Positions 33,433 to 43,016 of a DNA stretch of 64,000 bases are shown in pieces. Numbering within the stretch: position 1 is the first letter of the stretch; the number at the start of each line of letters is the position of its first letter. Location of the stretch: assembly GCA_017516065.1 (NCBI GenBank), contig JAFWDQ010000024.1:2968-66967 (forward strand), in the 5' to 3' direction. A program made the position numbers and the translations under genes. This DNA is from Oscillospiraceae bacterium. Its GTDB lineage: Bacteria > Bacillota > Clostridia > Oscillospirales > Oscillospiraceae. The notes under the pieces are model-generated. The model worked only from the letters and a program-made list of their open reading frames with translations, was not told the origin of the DNA and ran no database searches.

Positions 33433-33708
33433 ATGGGCATGGTCAAGGGCGTGGCGCGGCAGATCATACTGGTCCGGTCCCCGGACCGGCGGCTGTTTGA
33501 ACAGGCGATCTTTATCGTGCGGGAGCAGGCGTCTCTCTCCGGCATAGGGCCGGAGCAGATCCTGGAGGAGGCCCAGCGGGCCGCCAACGGGTACATCCGC
33601 CGCACAAAGGGCGTGGGACGGCTGCTCCATCGGGTCCCGGCGCCGCTGCTCCTCGCCATCGGCGCCGGATCCACGGGACTGGCGTGGCTGATCACGTGGC
33701 TCCTGTAG
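33433..33708 (+). CDS. small conserved-looking hypothetical protein with a C-terminal TM anchor
   Basis: 91 aa: MGMVKGVARQIILVRSPDRRLFEQAIFIVRE...LLLAIGAGSTGLAWLITWLL. Codon usage fits the genome. No family recognised with confidence. Confidence 0.5.
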   Translation: MGMVKGVARQIILVRSPDRRLFEQAIFIVREQASLSGIGPEQILEEAQRAANGYIRRTKGVGRLLHRVPAPLLLAIGAGSTGLAWLITWLL

Positions 33709-33835
33709 CCGGTATTTGCAATTTTTCGTCGTCTTCTCAGTTATTTCAGGGGCCTGCATCGAGTATTTCTCCTCCGGACACGCATACTAACGGTCAGCGG
33801 GACGACGACGTCCCGCCATGCGAGGAGGAATCCAT

Positions 33836-34231
33836 GTGAAACGATTGATGGGCGCGCTCTGCCTGACGGCCATGCTGGCCGGCCTCTTCTGTGCCGGCTG
33901 CGGCAATACCGGCTCCAACGGCACAGGCGCCAGCTCCACCCGCTATACGGCGGAGTCCGCCGTGACCCGCCAGGCCGATGAAACCGGCAGCCGGGGCCGG
34001 GTCGCCTACGACGCCTATGCCCGTTCCGGCTCCGCCCGGGACACCGGCAGAGAGCTCACCTACGCAACAGGCGCCGACGGTTCTGTGCTGCCCAACGGCA
34101 GCTACCGCTACTCCGCCCTCACCGGCAGGATCATGGAGCGGAACGCCGACGGCAATGATCGGAACGACGGCGGCAGCGATGAGACCGCGGCCCGCCAGGA
34201 CCTGATGACCCAGACCGCGTCCGGCGCCTGA
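33836..34231 (+). CDS. hypothetical lipoprotein (low-complexity, Gly/Ser/Thr/Arg/Asp-rich)
   Basis: VKRLMGALCLTAMLAGLFCAGC signal peptide with lipobox. GTG start 7 nt after GGAGG. The ORF-track ATG at 33818 is an alternative. Confidence 0.6.
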   Translation: MKRLMGALCLTAMLAGLFCAGCGNTGSNGTGASSTRYTAESAVTRQADETGSRGRVAYDAYARSGSARDTGRELTYATGADGSVLPNGSYRYSALTGRIMERNADGNDRNDGGSDETAARQDLMTQTASGA

Positions 34232-34235
34232 CGGC

Positions 34236-34274
34236 AAAAAAAACAGATCCCGCTGTCCGCGGGATCTGTTTTTC
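34236..34274. terminator. bidirectional intrinsic terminator
   Basis: A-run, CAGATCCCGC-TGTCC-GCGGGATCTG (34244-68), T-run. Lies between the convergent lipoprotein and M23 genes. Confidence 0.8.
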
Positions 34275-34286
34275 ATTTTGATTGAT

Positions 34287-35600
34287 TTAGAAGAAGTTCA
34301 GCGGGTTGACCCGGGAGCCGCTGATCCGCACCTCAAAGTGGAGGTGGTAGCCGGTGGAGCTGCCGGTGGTGCCCACGTAACCGATGGTCTGGCCCTGGGA
34401 CACGGACTGGCCCACGCTGACGGCCCGGGAGTTCATATGGGCGTACAGGGTCGTCTGGCCGTTGCCGTGGTTGATGACCACATAATTGCCGTAGGACCCG
34501 TTGTAGCCGGAAATCAGCACGATGCCGCTGCGGGCGGCACGGATAGGCGTGTTCCGGGGGGCGGGGATGTCGATACCGCCGTGGAAGGAACTGGCCGCGC
34601 CGGACACGGGATGGGTGCGGTAACCGAAGGGGGAGCTGATGCTGCTGTAGCCGCTCAGGGGCCACATGTAGCCGGCCTCGCTGGTGATATTGGCCGCCGC
34701 GTACGCCGCAGCCGCCGCCCTGGCCGCGGCCTCCGCCGCTGCTCTCTGTTTTTCCGTGGCCGCCGCCGCTGCCGCCCGCTGGGCCTCCTCGGCCCGTCTC
34801 CTCGCCGCGGCCTCTTCCGCCGCGATCTGCGCCAGCATACTGTCGATCTGCTGGCCCACGGCAGCCTCCTCGGCCTCGATCTGAGCCTTGGCCTTGGTGT
34901 ACTCCGTCTGCTCCGCGGTGATGGACGCCACCAACTGCTGGGCGGCCGCCACCTGGGCGTCCAGCTCCGCCTTGCTGGCGGACAGCTGATCCTCCTGGGC
35001 CTTCAGCTCCGTCCGGCAGGCCTCAAGATCGGCCTTGGTGGCCTCGATCTCCTCCCGGGTAGCGGTGAGCTGTTCCTTCAGGGCGTTGTCGTAATCCACG
35101 ATCTCATAGATGTAATTGGCACGGCTGAGCAGATCGGCAAAATCCGTGGCGCCGAAGAGCACGGACAGATAGGTTGCCGTGCCGGTCTCCTCCATGGACC
35201 GGACCCGGCTGCACAGGGCCTCGAACTGGGCCTGCTCCCGGGCCTGCGCCTCCGCCAGCTTGATCTCCTCCTCGGCGATCAGCTGGTTGTACATGTCGAT
35301 CTGAGCCTGGGTATTGGCGATCTGGCTTTCGATGACTTCGATCTGCTGATCCAGCGCCTGCTTCTGGGCCAGGGCCTTCGCTTTGTTGTTGCCCAGGGCG
35401 TTGATCTGATTCTGCAGATCCTGCTTCTGGGAGGCAAGGTCGCTGGCCTGGCTCTGCAGCGCGGCCACGTCCTGCCGGGACACCGCGTAGGCCCGGGGCA
35501 GGGCACTGAGCACTACTGCAAAAATCAGGATCGCCACAAGTATGACGGCGACAATCGACATGAAGATCCGCCGTTTATCCCGTTTTCTTCCACGCGCCAT
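34287..35600 (-). CDS. M23-family peptidoglycan endopeptidase with long coiled coil (EnvC/PcsB-like FtsEX partner)
   Basis: N-terminal TM helix, about 250 aa of coiled coil, and a C-terminal LytM domain (FHGGIDI, GYHLHFEVR). ATG at 35600 is preceded by AAGGAG. Confidence 0.88.
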   Translation of the reverse strand: MARGRKRDKRRIFMSIVAVILVAILIFAVVLSALPRAYAVSRQDVAALQSQASDLASQKQDLQNQINALGNNKAKALAQKQALDQQIEVIESQIANTQAQIDMYNQLIAEEEIKLAEAQAREQAQFEALCSRVRSMEETGTATYLSVLFGATDFADLLSRANYIYEIVDYDNALKEQLTATREEIEATKADLEACRTELKAQEDQLSASKAELDAQVAAAQQLVASITAEQTEYTKAKAQIEAEEAAVGQQIDSMLAQIAAEEAAARRRAEEAQRAAAAAATEKQRAAAEAAARAAAAAYAAANITSEAGYMWPLSGYSSISSPFGYRTHPVSGAASSFHGGIDIPAPRNTPIRAARSGIVLISGYNGSYGNYVVINHGNGQTTLYAHMNSRAVSVGQSVSQGQTIGYVGTTGSSTGYHLHFEVRISGSRVNPLNFF

Positions 35601-35626
35601 AGCTGCGCTCCTTTCCGTCTGTCTGA

Positions 35627-36535
35627 TCACACCTTCAGGAATTTATTGATGGCCAGCGAGCTGCCCACCGCGCCCACGGCAAGGCCCACCAGCAGGAAGA
35701 TCAGAAGGATCCGTCCGGCAAAGTTGTGGAAGGGGATCACCGTTAAAAGCTGCATCGTATCGGACTTCGTGATGGCCCGCATCACAAGATTATAGACGCC
35801 CCACTGGATGAAGAACGCGATCACCGCGCCCACCAGGCCCAGTATGACGCCCTCTGCCACGAAGGGACAGCGGATGAAGGAGTCCTTGGCGCCGCACATC
35901 TTGATGATGGCCACCTCATCCCGGCGGGTATAGGCGCCCAGCCGGATGGTATTGGAGATGATGAACAGGGACACCAGCAACAGCATGACGGCCAGAATGA
36001 TCGCCACCACGCCGGCCATGTTCCGCACGGCCATGAAGCCCTGGGCGATCTCCAGCTCGGCCCGGACGTTTGCCACGCCCTCTACCGCTTTCAGGGCGAT
36101 CACCGTGCTCTCCATCTCCTCCAACTCCGTGAGGTGGATCTCAAATCTGTCCCGGAGCACGCTGGCGGGCACGGAGGCGAAGACGCTGTCGTCGTCATAC
36201 TGGGAGACGAAGGCCTCCATGGCCTCCTCCCGGGTGACGAACTTGCAGCTTTCCACGTTGTCCAGGGCCATGATGTCCGCCTCCAGGGCCCGTGCCTGTT
36301 CCTCGCTGTACGTCTCGTCTATGTAGGCGATGACCACGTTCTCCCGCTCCAGATCGCTGAGGGTGGCGTTCAGGTTCATGGAGACCAGGGTAAAGCTGCC
36401 CATGATCAGCAGGCAGGCCATGGTCACGCCCACAGCGGCCAGGGACATCAGGCCGTGGAGGAAAATATTGTGGACTGCTTCCTGCAGGAAGTAAAAAACA
36501 TTACTTGCTCTCAAAAAAATGTTACTTGTTTTCAT
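35627..36535 (-). CDS. ftsX: cell division permease-like protein FtsX
   Basis: Four TM helices with a large first extracellular loop, immediately downstream of ftsE. Start MKTSNIF overlaps the ftsE end by 14 nt. Confidence 0.88.
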   Translation of the reverse strand: MKTSNIFLRASNVFYFLQEAVHNIFLHGLMSLAAVGVTMACLLIMGSFTLVSMNLNATLSDLERENVVIAYIDETYSEEQARALEADIMALDNVESCKFVTREEAMEAFVSQYDDDSVFASVPASVLRDRFEIHLTELEEMESTVIALKAVEGVANVRAELEIAQGFMAVRNMAGVVAIILAVMLLLVSLFIISNTIRLGAYTRRDEVAIIKMCGAKDSFIRCPFVAEGVILGLVGAVIAFFIQWGVYNLVMRAITKSDTMQLLTVIPFHNFAGRILLIFLLVGLAVGAVGSSLAINKFLKV

Positions 36536-37214
36536 AATACCGATAATACCCGTCCATTCCGTCGCTGATGATGCGGCCGTTTTCGATGGCCAGCACACGC
36601 TTGGAAAAGCGATTGACCAGCTCCTTCTCATGTGTGACCACCAGGATCGTGGTCCCCAGCTCATTGATCCGCTCCAGCAGCCGCATGAGGTCGTAGCTTC
36701 TGGCCGGATCCAGGTTGCCCGTGGGCTCGTCGGCGATGATCATGCCGGGGTTGTTCACCAGCGCCCTGGCAATGGCCACCCGCTGCTGCTCGCCGCCGGA
36801 CAGTTCGCTGGGATGGCGGTTCATTTTCCGGTCCAGCTCCACCAGCTCCAGCATGGCGGGCACCCGCTTCTTGATCTCTTGGCTGGAGGCGCCCACGGCC
36901 CGCATGGCAAGGGCCAGGTTTTCATAGACCGTTTTCTTCTCGATGAGCCGGAAATCCTGGAACACCACACCGATCGTCCGCCGCAGATAGGGCACCTGCC
37001 GCGGGGTGATGGTGCCCAGATTATAGCCGTTGACCATGACGCGGCCCTCCGTGGGGGGGATCTCCGCCGTCAGCAACTTGATGATCGTGGACTTGCCGCT
37101 GCCCGAGGGGCCCACCAGAAAGACAAACTCACCGTCGTCGATCTGGAAATTGATGCCCTTCAGTGCCCGGGCGCCGTTTTCATACACCTTATATACGTCG
37201 GTCAGGCGAACCAT
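36522..37214 (-). CDS. ftsE: cell division ATP-binding protein FtsE
   Basis: Walker [10 protein letters not shown], signature LSGGEQQR, Walker [12 protein letters not shown]. Confidence 0.95.
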   Translation of the reverse strand: MVRLTDVYKVYENGARALKGINFQIDDGEFVFLVGPSGSGKSTIIKLLTAEIPPTEGRVMVNGYNLGTITPRQVPYLRRTIGVVFQDFRLIEKKTVYENLALAMRAVGASSQEIKKRVPAMLELVELDRKMNRHPSELSGGEQQRVAIARALVNNPGMIIADEPTGNLDPARSYDLMRLLERINELGTTILVVTHEKELVNRFSKRVLAIENGRIISDGMDGYYRYYENK

Positions 37215-37234
37215 ACACGCAGATCCTTTCTACT

Positions 37235-38326
37235 CTACTGTCTCGTGGGACGGGAGGCGAGGTACTTCTTGACCATCAGCGCCACCTTGAAGGTGATCGC
37301 GTCGTCAAACTCCCGCAGGTCCAGACCCGTGAGCTTCTTGATCTTCTCCAGACGGTAGACCAGCGTGTTGCGGTGCACGAAAAGCTTTCGCGCCGTCTCG
37401 GAGACGTTGAGATTGTTCTCGAAGAATTTATTGATGGTGAACAGCGTCTCACTGTCCAGCGCGTCGATGGGATTGCGCTTGAAGACCTCCTGAAGGAACA
37501 TCTCGCACAGTGTGGTGGGCAGCTGATAGATCAGCCGGCCGATGCCCAGATGCTCGTAGTTGATGATGGTCTTCTCCGTTTCAAAGACCCGGCCCACCTC
37601 AATGGCGATGCGGGCCTCCTTATAGGACTTGGCCAGCTCCTGCAGCACATGGGCCGTGGTGCCGATGCCGATCATGCAGGTGGTCTCCCCGTCGGAGGTG
37701 AGCGTGGCCTCGATCTGCCGGGCCAGCAGCTCGCTCTCCTTGAGATCGGCGGGGTCCTGCAGCTGCCGGATCACGGCGATGCCGGCGTTGTCCACCGGAA
37801 AGACAAAGTCCATCTGACGGTCCGGCAGGAGTCCGGATATGGTCTCCCAGGCAGCGCCGGGATCCCCGGTGTTGAGCTGGACCAGGAGGGCCACCCGGGG
37901 CTGGTCGATGGCGAAGTGCAGCTCCTTGGCCCGGACGAAAATGTCGCTTTGCAGGACGTTGTCAGAGACGATGTTCTTGATGAACGTGGATTTGTCGTAT
38001 TTGCTCTCATAATGGGTCCTGGCGCCGTTGAGCGCAACGGCCGCCATGGAACAGATCAGACGGGCCTCGCTGTCGGTACCGTGGGTGAATACCGCATAGT
38101 CAAAGTGGGCGGTCCACCCGCTCAGGGGCTTGAACACCATGCCGTTGCAGGCGACGATCCCCGTGCCGGAGGCGGCGATCAGATCTGCCGCATCGCTCCA
38201 CTGGGTCCCGATCTCCGACAGCTCGTTGCAGGCAATGACGGTGCCCTGGCTGTCGATCACGCCGACGGCGCGCTCCGTGCTCTCCCTTAATTGAAGCACT
38301 ACACTCTGAAAAATTCGACCTGACAT
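37235..38326 (-). CDS. PucR/CdaR-family transcriptional regulator
   Basis: C-terminal PucR HTH NVSETARKLFVHRNTLVYRLEKIKKLTGLDL. Start at MSGRIFQ lies downstream of the mapped promoter. The ORF-track start at 38443 is rejected. Confidence 0.8.
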   Translation of the reverse strand: MSGRIFQSVVLQLRESTERAVGVIDSQGTVIACNELSEIGTQWSDAADLIAASGTGIVACNGMVFKPLSGWTAHFDYAVFTHGTDSEARLICSMAAVALNGARTHYESKYDKSTFIKNIVSDNVLQSDIFVRAKELHFAIDQPRVALLVQLNTGDPGAAWETISGLLPDRQMDFVFPVDNAGIAVIRQLQDPADLKESELLARQIEATLTSDGETTCMIGIGTTAHVLQELAKSYKEARIAIEVGRVFETEKTIINYEHLGIGRLIYQLPTTLCEMFLQEVFKRNPIDALDSETLFTINKFFENNLNVSETARKLFVHRNTLVYRLEKIKKLTGLDLREFDDAITFKVALMVKKYLASRPTRQ

Positions 38327-38401
38327 AGCCGTTCCCCTCTTTTCAGACAAAATCATTCTATTTTGTAACTCTTTTTTTCCACTTGTAACCGCTGTTTCTA
38401 T

Positions 38402-38430
38402 ATCATAGCCTTTTCTCTTCCACTTTTCAA
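38402..38430 (-). promoter_or_regulatory. sigma-A promoter of the PucR-ftsEX-M23 gene string
   Basis: Minus strand: TTGAAA (38425-30), 17 nt, TATGAT (38402-07). Confidence 0.55.
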
Positions 38431-38489
38431 TAGTTTTTTGCAAATTTTTTGTGAAATATGCCGAAAAGGCCGAAAATTTCCTTTATTTG

Positions 38490-39200
38490 TCAGTCGGAGG
38501 CCGGCAAACGGGCCAGTTCCTCCTCTGTCAGCGGTCTCCAGGCCCCGGGAGACAGGGTTTCATCCAGGGTGATGGGCCCCATAGTCAGGCGTTTGAGGGC
38601 GGTGACGGGCTTGCCCCGCTGGGCCAGCATCCGGCGGATCTGTCTGTATTTCCCCTCCTCCACCGTTACCCGGCAGCGGGTTTGGCTGAGGATCTCAAGG
38701 GATGCCGGCAGCAGGCGGGTCCCGTCTTCCAGGACCATGCCCTGCCGGAAGGCCTCCGCGTCTGAGACGTCGAGGGTCCCCTCCACCTCTGCCAGATACG
38801 TCTTGGCCACATGCTTGCCCGGGGCCAGGAGCCGATGGCCCAGGGGGCCGTCGTTGGTGAGCAGCAGCAGGCCCTCGCTGTCCTTGTCCAGCCGCCCCAC
38901 GGGGTACAGGCCGATCCGCTGCAGATGGGGCGGCAGAAGGTCCAGCACCGTGGCCTGCCGCCGGTCCTCCGTGGCGGAGAGGATGCCTGTGGGCTTGTAG
39001 AGCATCAGGTAGACGTACTTCGGGCAGGCCACCGGTACGCCGTCCACCTCAACGGTCTCCAGCGCGCACTTCTCCTCCGGACGGCGGAGCACGGCTCCCG
39101 CCGCCGATACCCGGCCGGCCCGGATCAGGTCCTTTGCCTCCTTCCGGGACCAGCGGCCCGTGGAGGCCAGCAGGGCGTCAAGACGCCGCGGTTCTGACAT
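38490..39200 (-). CDS. pseudouridine synthase, RsuA/RluB family (S4 domain plus catalytic domain)
   Basis: N-terminal S4 domain (RLDALLASTGRWSRKEAKDLIRAGRV) and catalytic motif GRLDKDSEGLLLLTNDG. Confidence 0.9.
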   Translation of the reverse strand: MSEPRRLDALLASTGRWSRKEAKDLIRAGRVSAAGAVLRRPEEKCALETVEVDGVPVACPKYVYLMLYKPTGILSATEDRRQATVLDLLPPHLQRIGLYPVGRLDKDSEGLLLLTNDGPLGHRLLAPGKHVAKTYLAEVEGTLDVSDAEAFRQGMVLEDGTRLLPASLEILSQTRCRVTVEEGKYRQIRRMLAQRGKPVTALKRLTMGPITLDETLSPGAWRPLTEEELARLPASD

Positions 39201-39239
39201 GGGAGCTCCTCCTCTCTGTGAGACGATCGATACTGTTTT

Positions 39240-40010
39240 TTTGGGGGGCTATTTGACCGCAGAGAAAACCGTTCGTTTTTTAGGAACGCCCCTCCGGGGG
39301 CCTACTTTCTGCCGCGCGACAGAAAGTAGGCAAAGAACGCGCATAGAAACCCATGGCTTCTATGTATTTCCTTTCCCGCTCTGACGGGAGTACCGGCAAA
39401 GGCAGCTCGGCACAGCAGCCTTGAATTGTCTCTGCATCCACAATCGCTGCCGCTCTTGCTCTGTCGTTTCGGTTTCCGCTCCTCTGTTCCCGCGCCTCGG
39501 CGGGTGCGAATCGGCGGCTGGCTTTAAAACCCAAACCGAAGCCCAGCGGAGCGGGTTCGGTTTGGAAAGGAGGCGCAATGGAATGAGTTTGCTTTCGTAC
39601 TCACCCGGCCAAAAGCCCAGTGGAACGGGTTTGGGCCGGAAAGGCGGCACAGTGGAGTGATCTCGCTTTCCCGCTTGCGGGGAAGCGAGGGATACGGAGC
39701 TTGTGCCGCCGCAAGCAAATGATATGGAATTTGTGCCGACGTAGCGCGGAAGCGCGGGTGGGTTGCTCCAGTCAGTTCAAGGCTCTGCCGGCCAGAGTAA
39801 AAACCCCGTCGGGAGACCTGGGGGTTCCCCAAAGGGGGACTGGTCCCCCTTTGGAATCGCCCCGGCATCAGCCGGTTTGTCACGTCCGCAGACGTGACGG
39901 CGATTCGGGGGATACATAAGGGGAAACCCCATAGCAAGGGGTTCCCCCTTATGCGGCCCTTTCCCCCATTTCCGGCCGCCCGGAAATGGGGCCGTCGGAG
40001 ACACGTTCCC
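39240..40010. repeat. cluster of stacked palindromic modules (mosaic repeat family, copy E)
   Basis: More than 10 perfect or near-perfect hairpins, for example:
- CCTACTTTCTG-N8-CAGAAAGTAGG (39301-30)
- CCAAACCGAA-N14-TTCGGTTTGG (39530-64)
- TCGCTTTCCC-N6-GGGGAAGCGA (39663-88)
- CCAAAGGGGGA-N4-TCCCCCTTTGG (39829-54)
- GTCACGTC-CGCA-GACGTGAC (39879-98)
- CATAAGGGGAAACCCC-N6-GGGGTTCCCCCTTATG (39915-52)
- CCCATTTCCGG-CCGC-CCGGAAATGGG (39964-89).
Several modules recur at 45162-45440. Confidence 0.8.
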
Positions 40011-40123
40011 TAAAAAAACAACGTCAATTTCAGCAGTAAAATAGAAAAGCCGGCCCGCCGGAATACTTTGTCCCCTTCCCTCATAGAGATGGGACAGACA
40101 ATCTCAAAAAGGAGCGTTGCATC

Positions 40124-40603
40124 ATGCTCATTCTCACTGCCCGTCTGCCCCGCAGACGACTGATCCTGGGGGCCATCTGCATCGTGTGCATCGCCGCCCT
40201 GCTGACGGGGCTCCGGCTGAACCGGCCGGCGGAGAGCACCGTCATGACGGAGGCCGCTGTTTCTCCCCAGGGGATCCGGGACAACAGCGACCGGCTGGAC
40301 TATCTGGAGCAGTTCGGCTGGCTGGTGAATCAGGCGCCTTCTCTGGTGGAGGAGGTCCGCATCCCCGATGTCCTCACGGAGGAGTACACCGACTATGCGG
40401 CGCTGCAGGCCTCCCAGGGCTTCGACCTGGAAAAGTACTGCGGCAGGACGGTCCGGCGCTACAGCTATGAGATCCTCAACTATCCCACCGGGGAGACAGG
40501 CGTCACCGCCAATCTCCTGATCTACCGCAACACCGTGGTGGGGGCAGACGTCTGCTCCGCCGCGCTGGACGGCTTCATGCACGGGCTCGAGATGCCCGCA
40601 TGA
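40124..40603 (+). CDS. DUF4830-like membrane-anchored protein
   Basis: N-terminal TM helix. DRLDYLEQFGWLV...EYTDYAALQASQGFDLEKYCGRTVRRYSY resembles DUF4830 proteins of Clostridia. AAAGGAG lies upstream. Confidence 0.6.
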   Translation: MLILTARLPRRRLILGAICIVCIAALLTGLRLNRPAESTVMTEAAVSPQGIRDNSDRLDYLEQFGWLVNQAPSLVEEVRIPDVLTEEYTDYAALQASQGFDLEKYCGRTVRRYSYEILNYPTGETGVTANLLIYRNTVVGADVCSAALDGFMHGLEMPA

Positions 40604-40615
40604 CACGTATCCCGC

Positions 40616-41341
40616 TCACCTCAAAAAGAGCGCTGTCTCGGCCTCCCTCTCACGGGGGAGGCCCTTTTCTTTTGCTGTCATGATGTCGCTCTCCGCCTTC
40701 TTCAGCCAGTCTTCCTCCGCCATGGTGAGCAGCGGGGCGGCTTCCGGCGCAGCGTCGCCCATACCCCAGGCCTCGTCGGGCTCCGGCACGGGGGCCATGG
40801 CGCCGCCGGCGGTGATTTCGGCGTTCTCCAACGCAACCGACTCCCGGGACTCCGTGCTGGCCGGGGTCTCTGTGACCGCCTCCTCGCCGTCGGCGTAATA
40901 GAACCCATTGGTATCGCGGTCGGCTGCGTCATAGTCGGGCACCTCCGCCGTGTCCGCAGCGGCCTCCGGCGCGGCGCTGTCCATGGAAGACATCGGGCTG
41001 CCCATGCGCATATGGGACAGGCCGATGGAGCCGACCAGGATCACCACCGCCAGCATGGCGGCGATCCCGCCCCAGCGCCGGGCCGTATGTTTCTTCTTCG
41101 CCGCAGTCTGCGGTGTCCGTGCCACAGCGGCCATGATCTGCTCGTGGAGGCCTTCCGGCAGAGGCTCCTCCCACAGGGCGGGCTCCTCCAGAGCCGCCAG
41201 GTCATCCCGAAGCAGACCTGCCTCGGGATCCTCCGCCAGATATCGGTCCAGGTTTTCCAGCTCAGTTTCCGTCAGCTCGCCGTCCGGCAGCAGGGCCAGC
41301 AGGATGTCAAAATACGCCGCGTCCTCTCTGCGCTCCGCCAT
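40616..41341 (-). CDS. putative anti-sigma factor (single TM, acidic extracytoplasmic tail)
   Basis: Immediately downstream of the ECF sigma gene. N-terminal about 90 aa is cytoplasmic, TM helix WGGIAAMLAVVILVGSIGL follows. No HxxxCxxC zinc motif seen. Confidence 0.6.
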   Translation of the reverse strand: MAERREDAAYFDILLALLPDGELTETELENLDRYLAEDPEAGLLRDDLAALEEPALWEEPLPEGLHEQIMAAVARTPQTAAKKKHTARRWGGIAAMLAVVILVGSIGLSHMRMGSPMSSMDSAAPEAAADTAEVPDYDAADRDTNGFYYADGEEAVTETPASTESRESVALENAEITAGGAMAPVPEPDEAWGMGDAAPEAAPLLTMAEEDWLKKAESDIMTAKEKGLPREREAETALFLR

Positions 41342-41429
41342 GTGGGGTCACCTCCTTCCGGCCTTCCGGCCAAAATGATCGTTTTCAGGCGTGAAGCCTG
41401 CCGTTCTTTCCTTATAATACAGACGCACG

Positions 41430-41996
41430 CTATCGCGAAAAGTTCCCGTCCCGGGACAGGATCTCCCGCAGCTGCAGCCGTGCTCTGGCGATGCGGGATT
41501 TCACGGTGCCCTCCGGCACCCCGAGGGTCTGGGCGATCTCGGCATAGGACAGCCCGCCGCTCTCCCGGAGCAGCAGGGCCGCCCGCTGATCCTCCGGCAG
41601 ACGGGCCACCGCCTGCCGCAGGGCCGCCCGGCGCTCGGACCGCTCCGCCTCCTCCTGTGGCCCTGGGGCGGGGTCCGGGATGTCCAGAGCCTGTTCCTCC
41701 CCGTCCTCCTCCCGGACCAGCGGCACGGTGTGCCGCCGCTTCTCCCGGCGAAGATGGTCGATACATGCGTTGGCGGTGAGGCGGTACAGCCAGCTGGAAA
41801 AACGGCTCTCCCCCCGGAAGGAGGGCAGGGTCCGCCAGACGGTGAGGAACACCTCCTGGGTCACGTCCGCCGCGTCCTCGCGGTTTCCCGTCATCCGCAG
41901 GGCCATGCCGTAGGTCTGCTTCTCATGGGCTGTCAGCAGCGCCTCGAAGGCCTCCGTGTCCCCCTGCTGGGCCCGTCTGACCAGTTCCTCTGTCAC
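41430..41996 (-). CDS. ECF-type RNA polymerase sigma factor (sigma-70 family)
   Basis: Region 2 (DAADVTQEVFLTVWRTL...FSSWLYRLTANACIDHLR) and region 4 (LSYAEIAQTLGVPEGTVKSRIARAR). GTG start after AAGGAGGTGA. Confidence 0.9.
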   Translation of the reverse strand: MTEELVRRAQQGDTEAFEALLTAHEKQTYGMALRMTGNREDAADVTQEVFLTVWRTLPSFRGESRFSSWLYRLTANACIDHLRREKRRHTVPLVREEDGEEQALDIPDPAPGPQEEAERSERRAALRQAVARLPEDQRAALLLRESGGLSYAEIAQTLGVPEGTVKSRIARARLQLREILSRDGNFSR

Positions 41997-42035
41997 TCCG
42001 CCTCACCTCCTTCCCGGTGGTCTCCTCTGCTGCGT

Positions 42036-43013
42036 TTACTCCGGGTCCTTCAGGTCCCGCTTGATCCCTTTTACAATCCGGTCGATCTCCTCCAGGGTGG
42101 ATACCGTCACCAGCTGCTGCCGGTAGTAGGCCGACCAGGGAACGCCCCGGAGATACCAGCACAGCTGGCGTCTGGCATCCAGACAGGCCAGCCGCTCGCC
42201 CTTCTGCTCCGCCGCCCGGCGGATCTGGCCCACGGCGGCGTCCATCCGCTCCGTCAGAGGCGGCCGGGGCGGGGCAGGCTCTCCGTTCAGGGCCGCCAGA
42301 GCCTCCCGGAAGATCCAGGGGTTGCCGAAAGCGGCTCTGCCGATCATCACCATATCCGCGCCGGTATAGCGCAGGATGCGCACCGCGTCCTCGCCGGAGC
42401 ACACGTCGCCGTTGGCAATGACGGGGACGGAGACGGCCTGCTTCACGGCCCGGATCACGTCCCAGTCCGCCCGGCCGCCGTACATCTGCACCCGTGTCCG
42501 GCCGTGGACGGCCACGGCCGAGACGCCGGCCCGCTCCATCCGGGCGGCAAATTCCGGGGCGTTGACGCTGCCGGAGTCCCAGCCTTTGCGGATCTTCACC
42601 GTCACGGGGCAGGACACCGCGGCGCGTACCGCCTCCACCACGGCGGCGGCCCGTTCCGGGTCCCGCATGAGGGCGGAGCCGTCCCCGGAGGCCACGACCT
42701 TCCGCACCGGACAGCCCATGTTGATGTCCACGATGTCCGCTCCGCTGTACGCAACGGCAAGAGCGGCGCCTTGGGCCATGCTCTCCGGCTCGCTGCCGAA
42801 GATCTGCACCGCCGCCGGGTGCTCGTCCTCCGCCAGCTCCAGCAGCTGGCGGGTCTTTTTATCCTGATAGCACAGCGCCTTGGCGCTGATCATCTCCGTA
42901 ATGGTCAGCCCCGCCCCCTGACTGCGGCACAGTTCCCGGAAAGCCAGGTCCGTCACCCCGGCCATGGGGGCCAGGACCAGGGGGTTGGGGAGCGTCACGG
43001 TTCCTATCTGCAC
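42036..43013 (-). CDS. dusB: tRNA-dihydrouridine synthase
   Basis: [24 protein letters not shown] and VKIRKGWD motifs. GTG start after GGAGG. Confidence 0.92.
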   Translation of the reverse strand: MQIGTVTLPNPLVLAPMAGVTDLAFRELCRSQGAGLTITEMISAKALCYQDKKTRQLLELAEDEHPAAVQIFGSEPESMAQGAALAVAYSGADIVDINMGCPVRKVVASGDGSALMRDPERAAAVVEAVRAAVSCPVTVKIRKGWDSGSVNAPEFAARMERAGVSAVAVHGRTRVQMYGGRADWDVIRAVKQAVSVPVIANGDVCSGEDAVRILRYTGADMVMIGRAAFGNPWIFREALAALNGEPAPPRPPLTERMDAAVGQIRRAAEQKGERLACLDARRQLCWYLRGVPWSAYYRQQLVTVSTLEEIDRIVKGIKRDLKDPE

Positions 43014-43016
43014 GGT

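Noticed and set aside
39201-40123. Considered a CRISPR array, RNase P RNA, tmRNA or 6S RNA in the 0.9-kb non-coding island.
   Set aside because: There are no regularly spaced identical direct repeats with unique spacers. No GAGGAAAGUCCGGGC (RNase P), tRNA-like 3' end or tag ORF (tmRNA) is present. The hairpins are independent palindromes shared with other loci.
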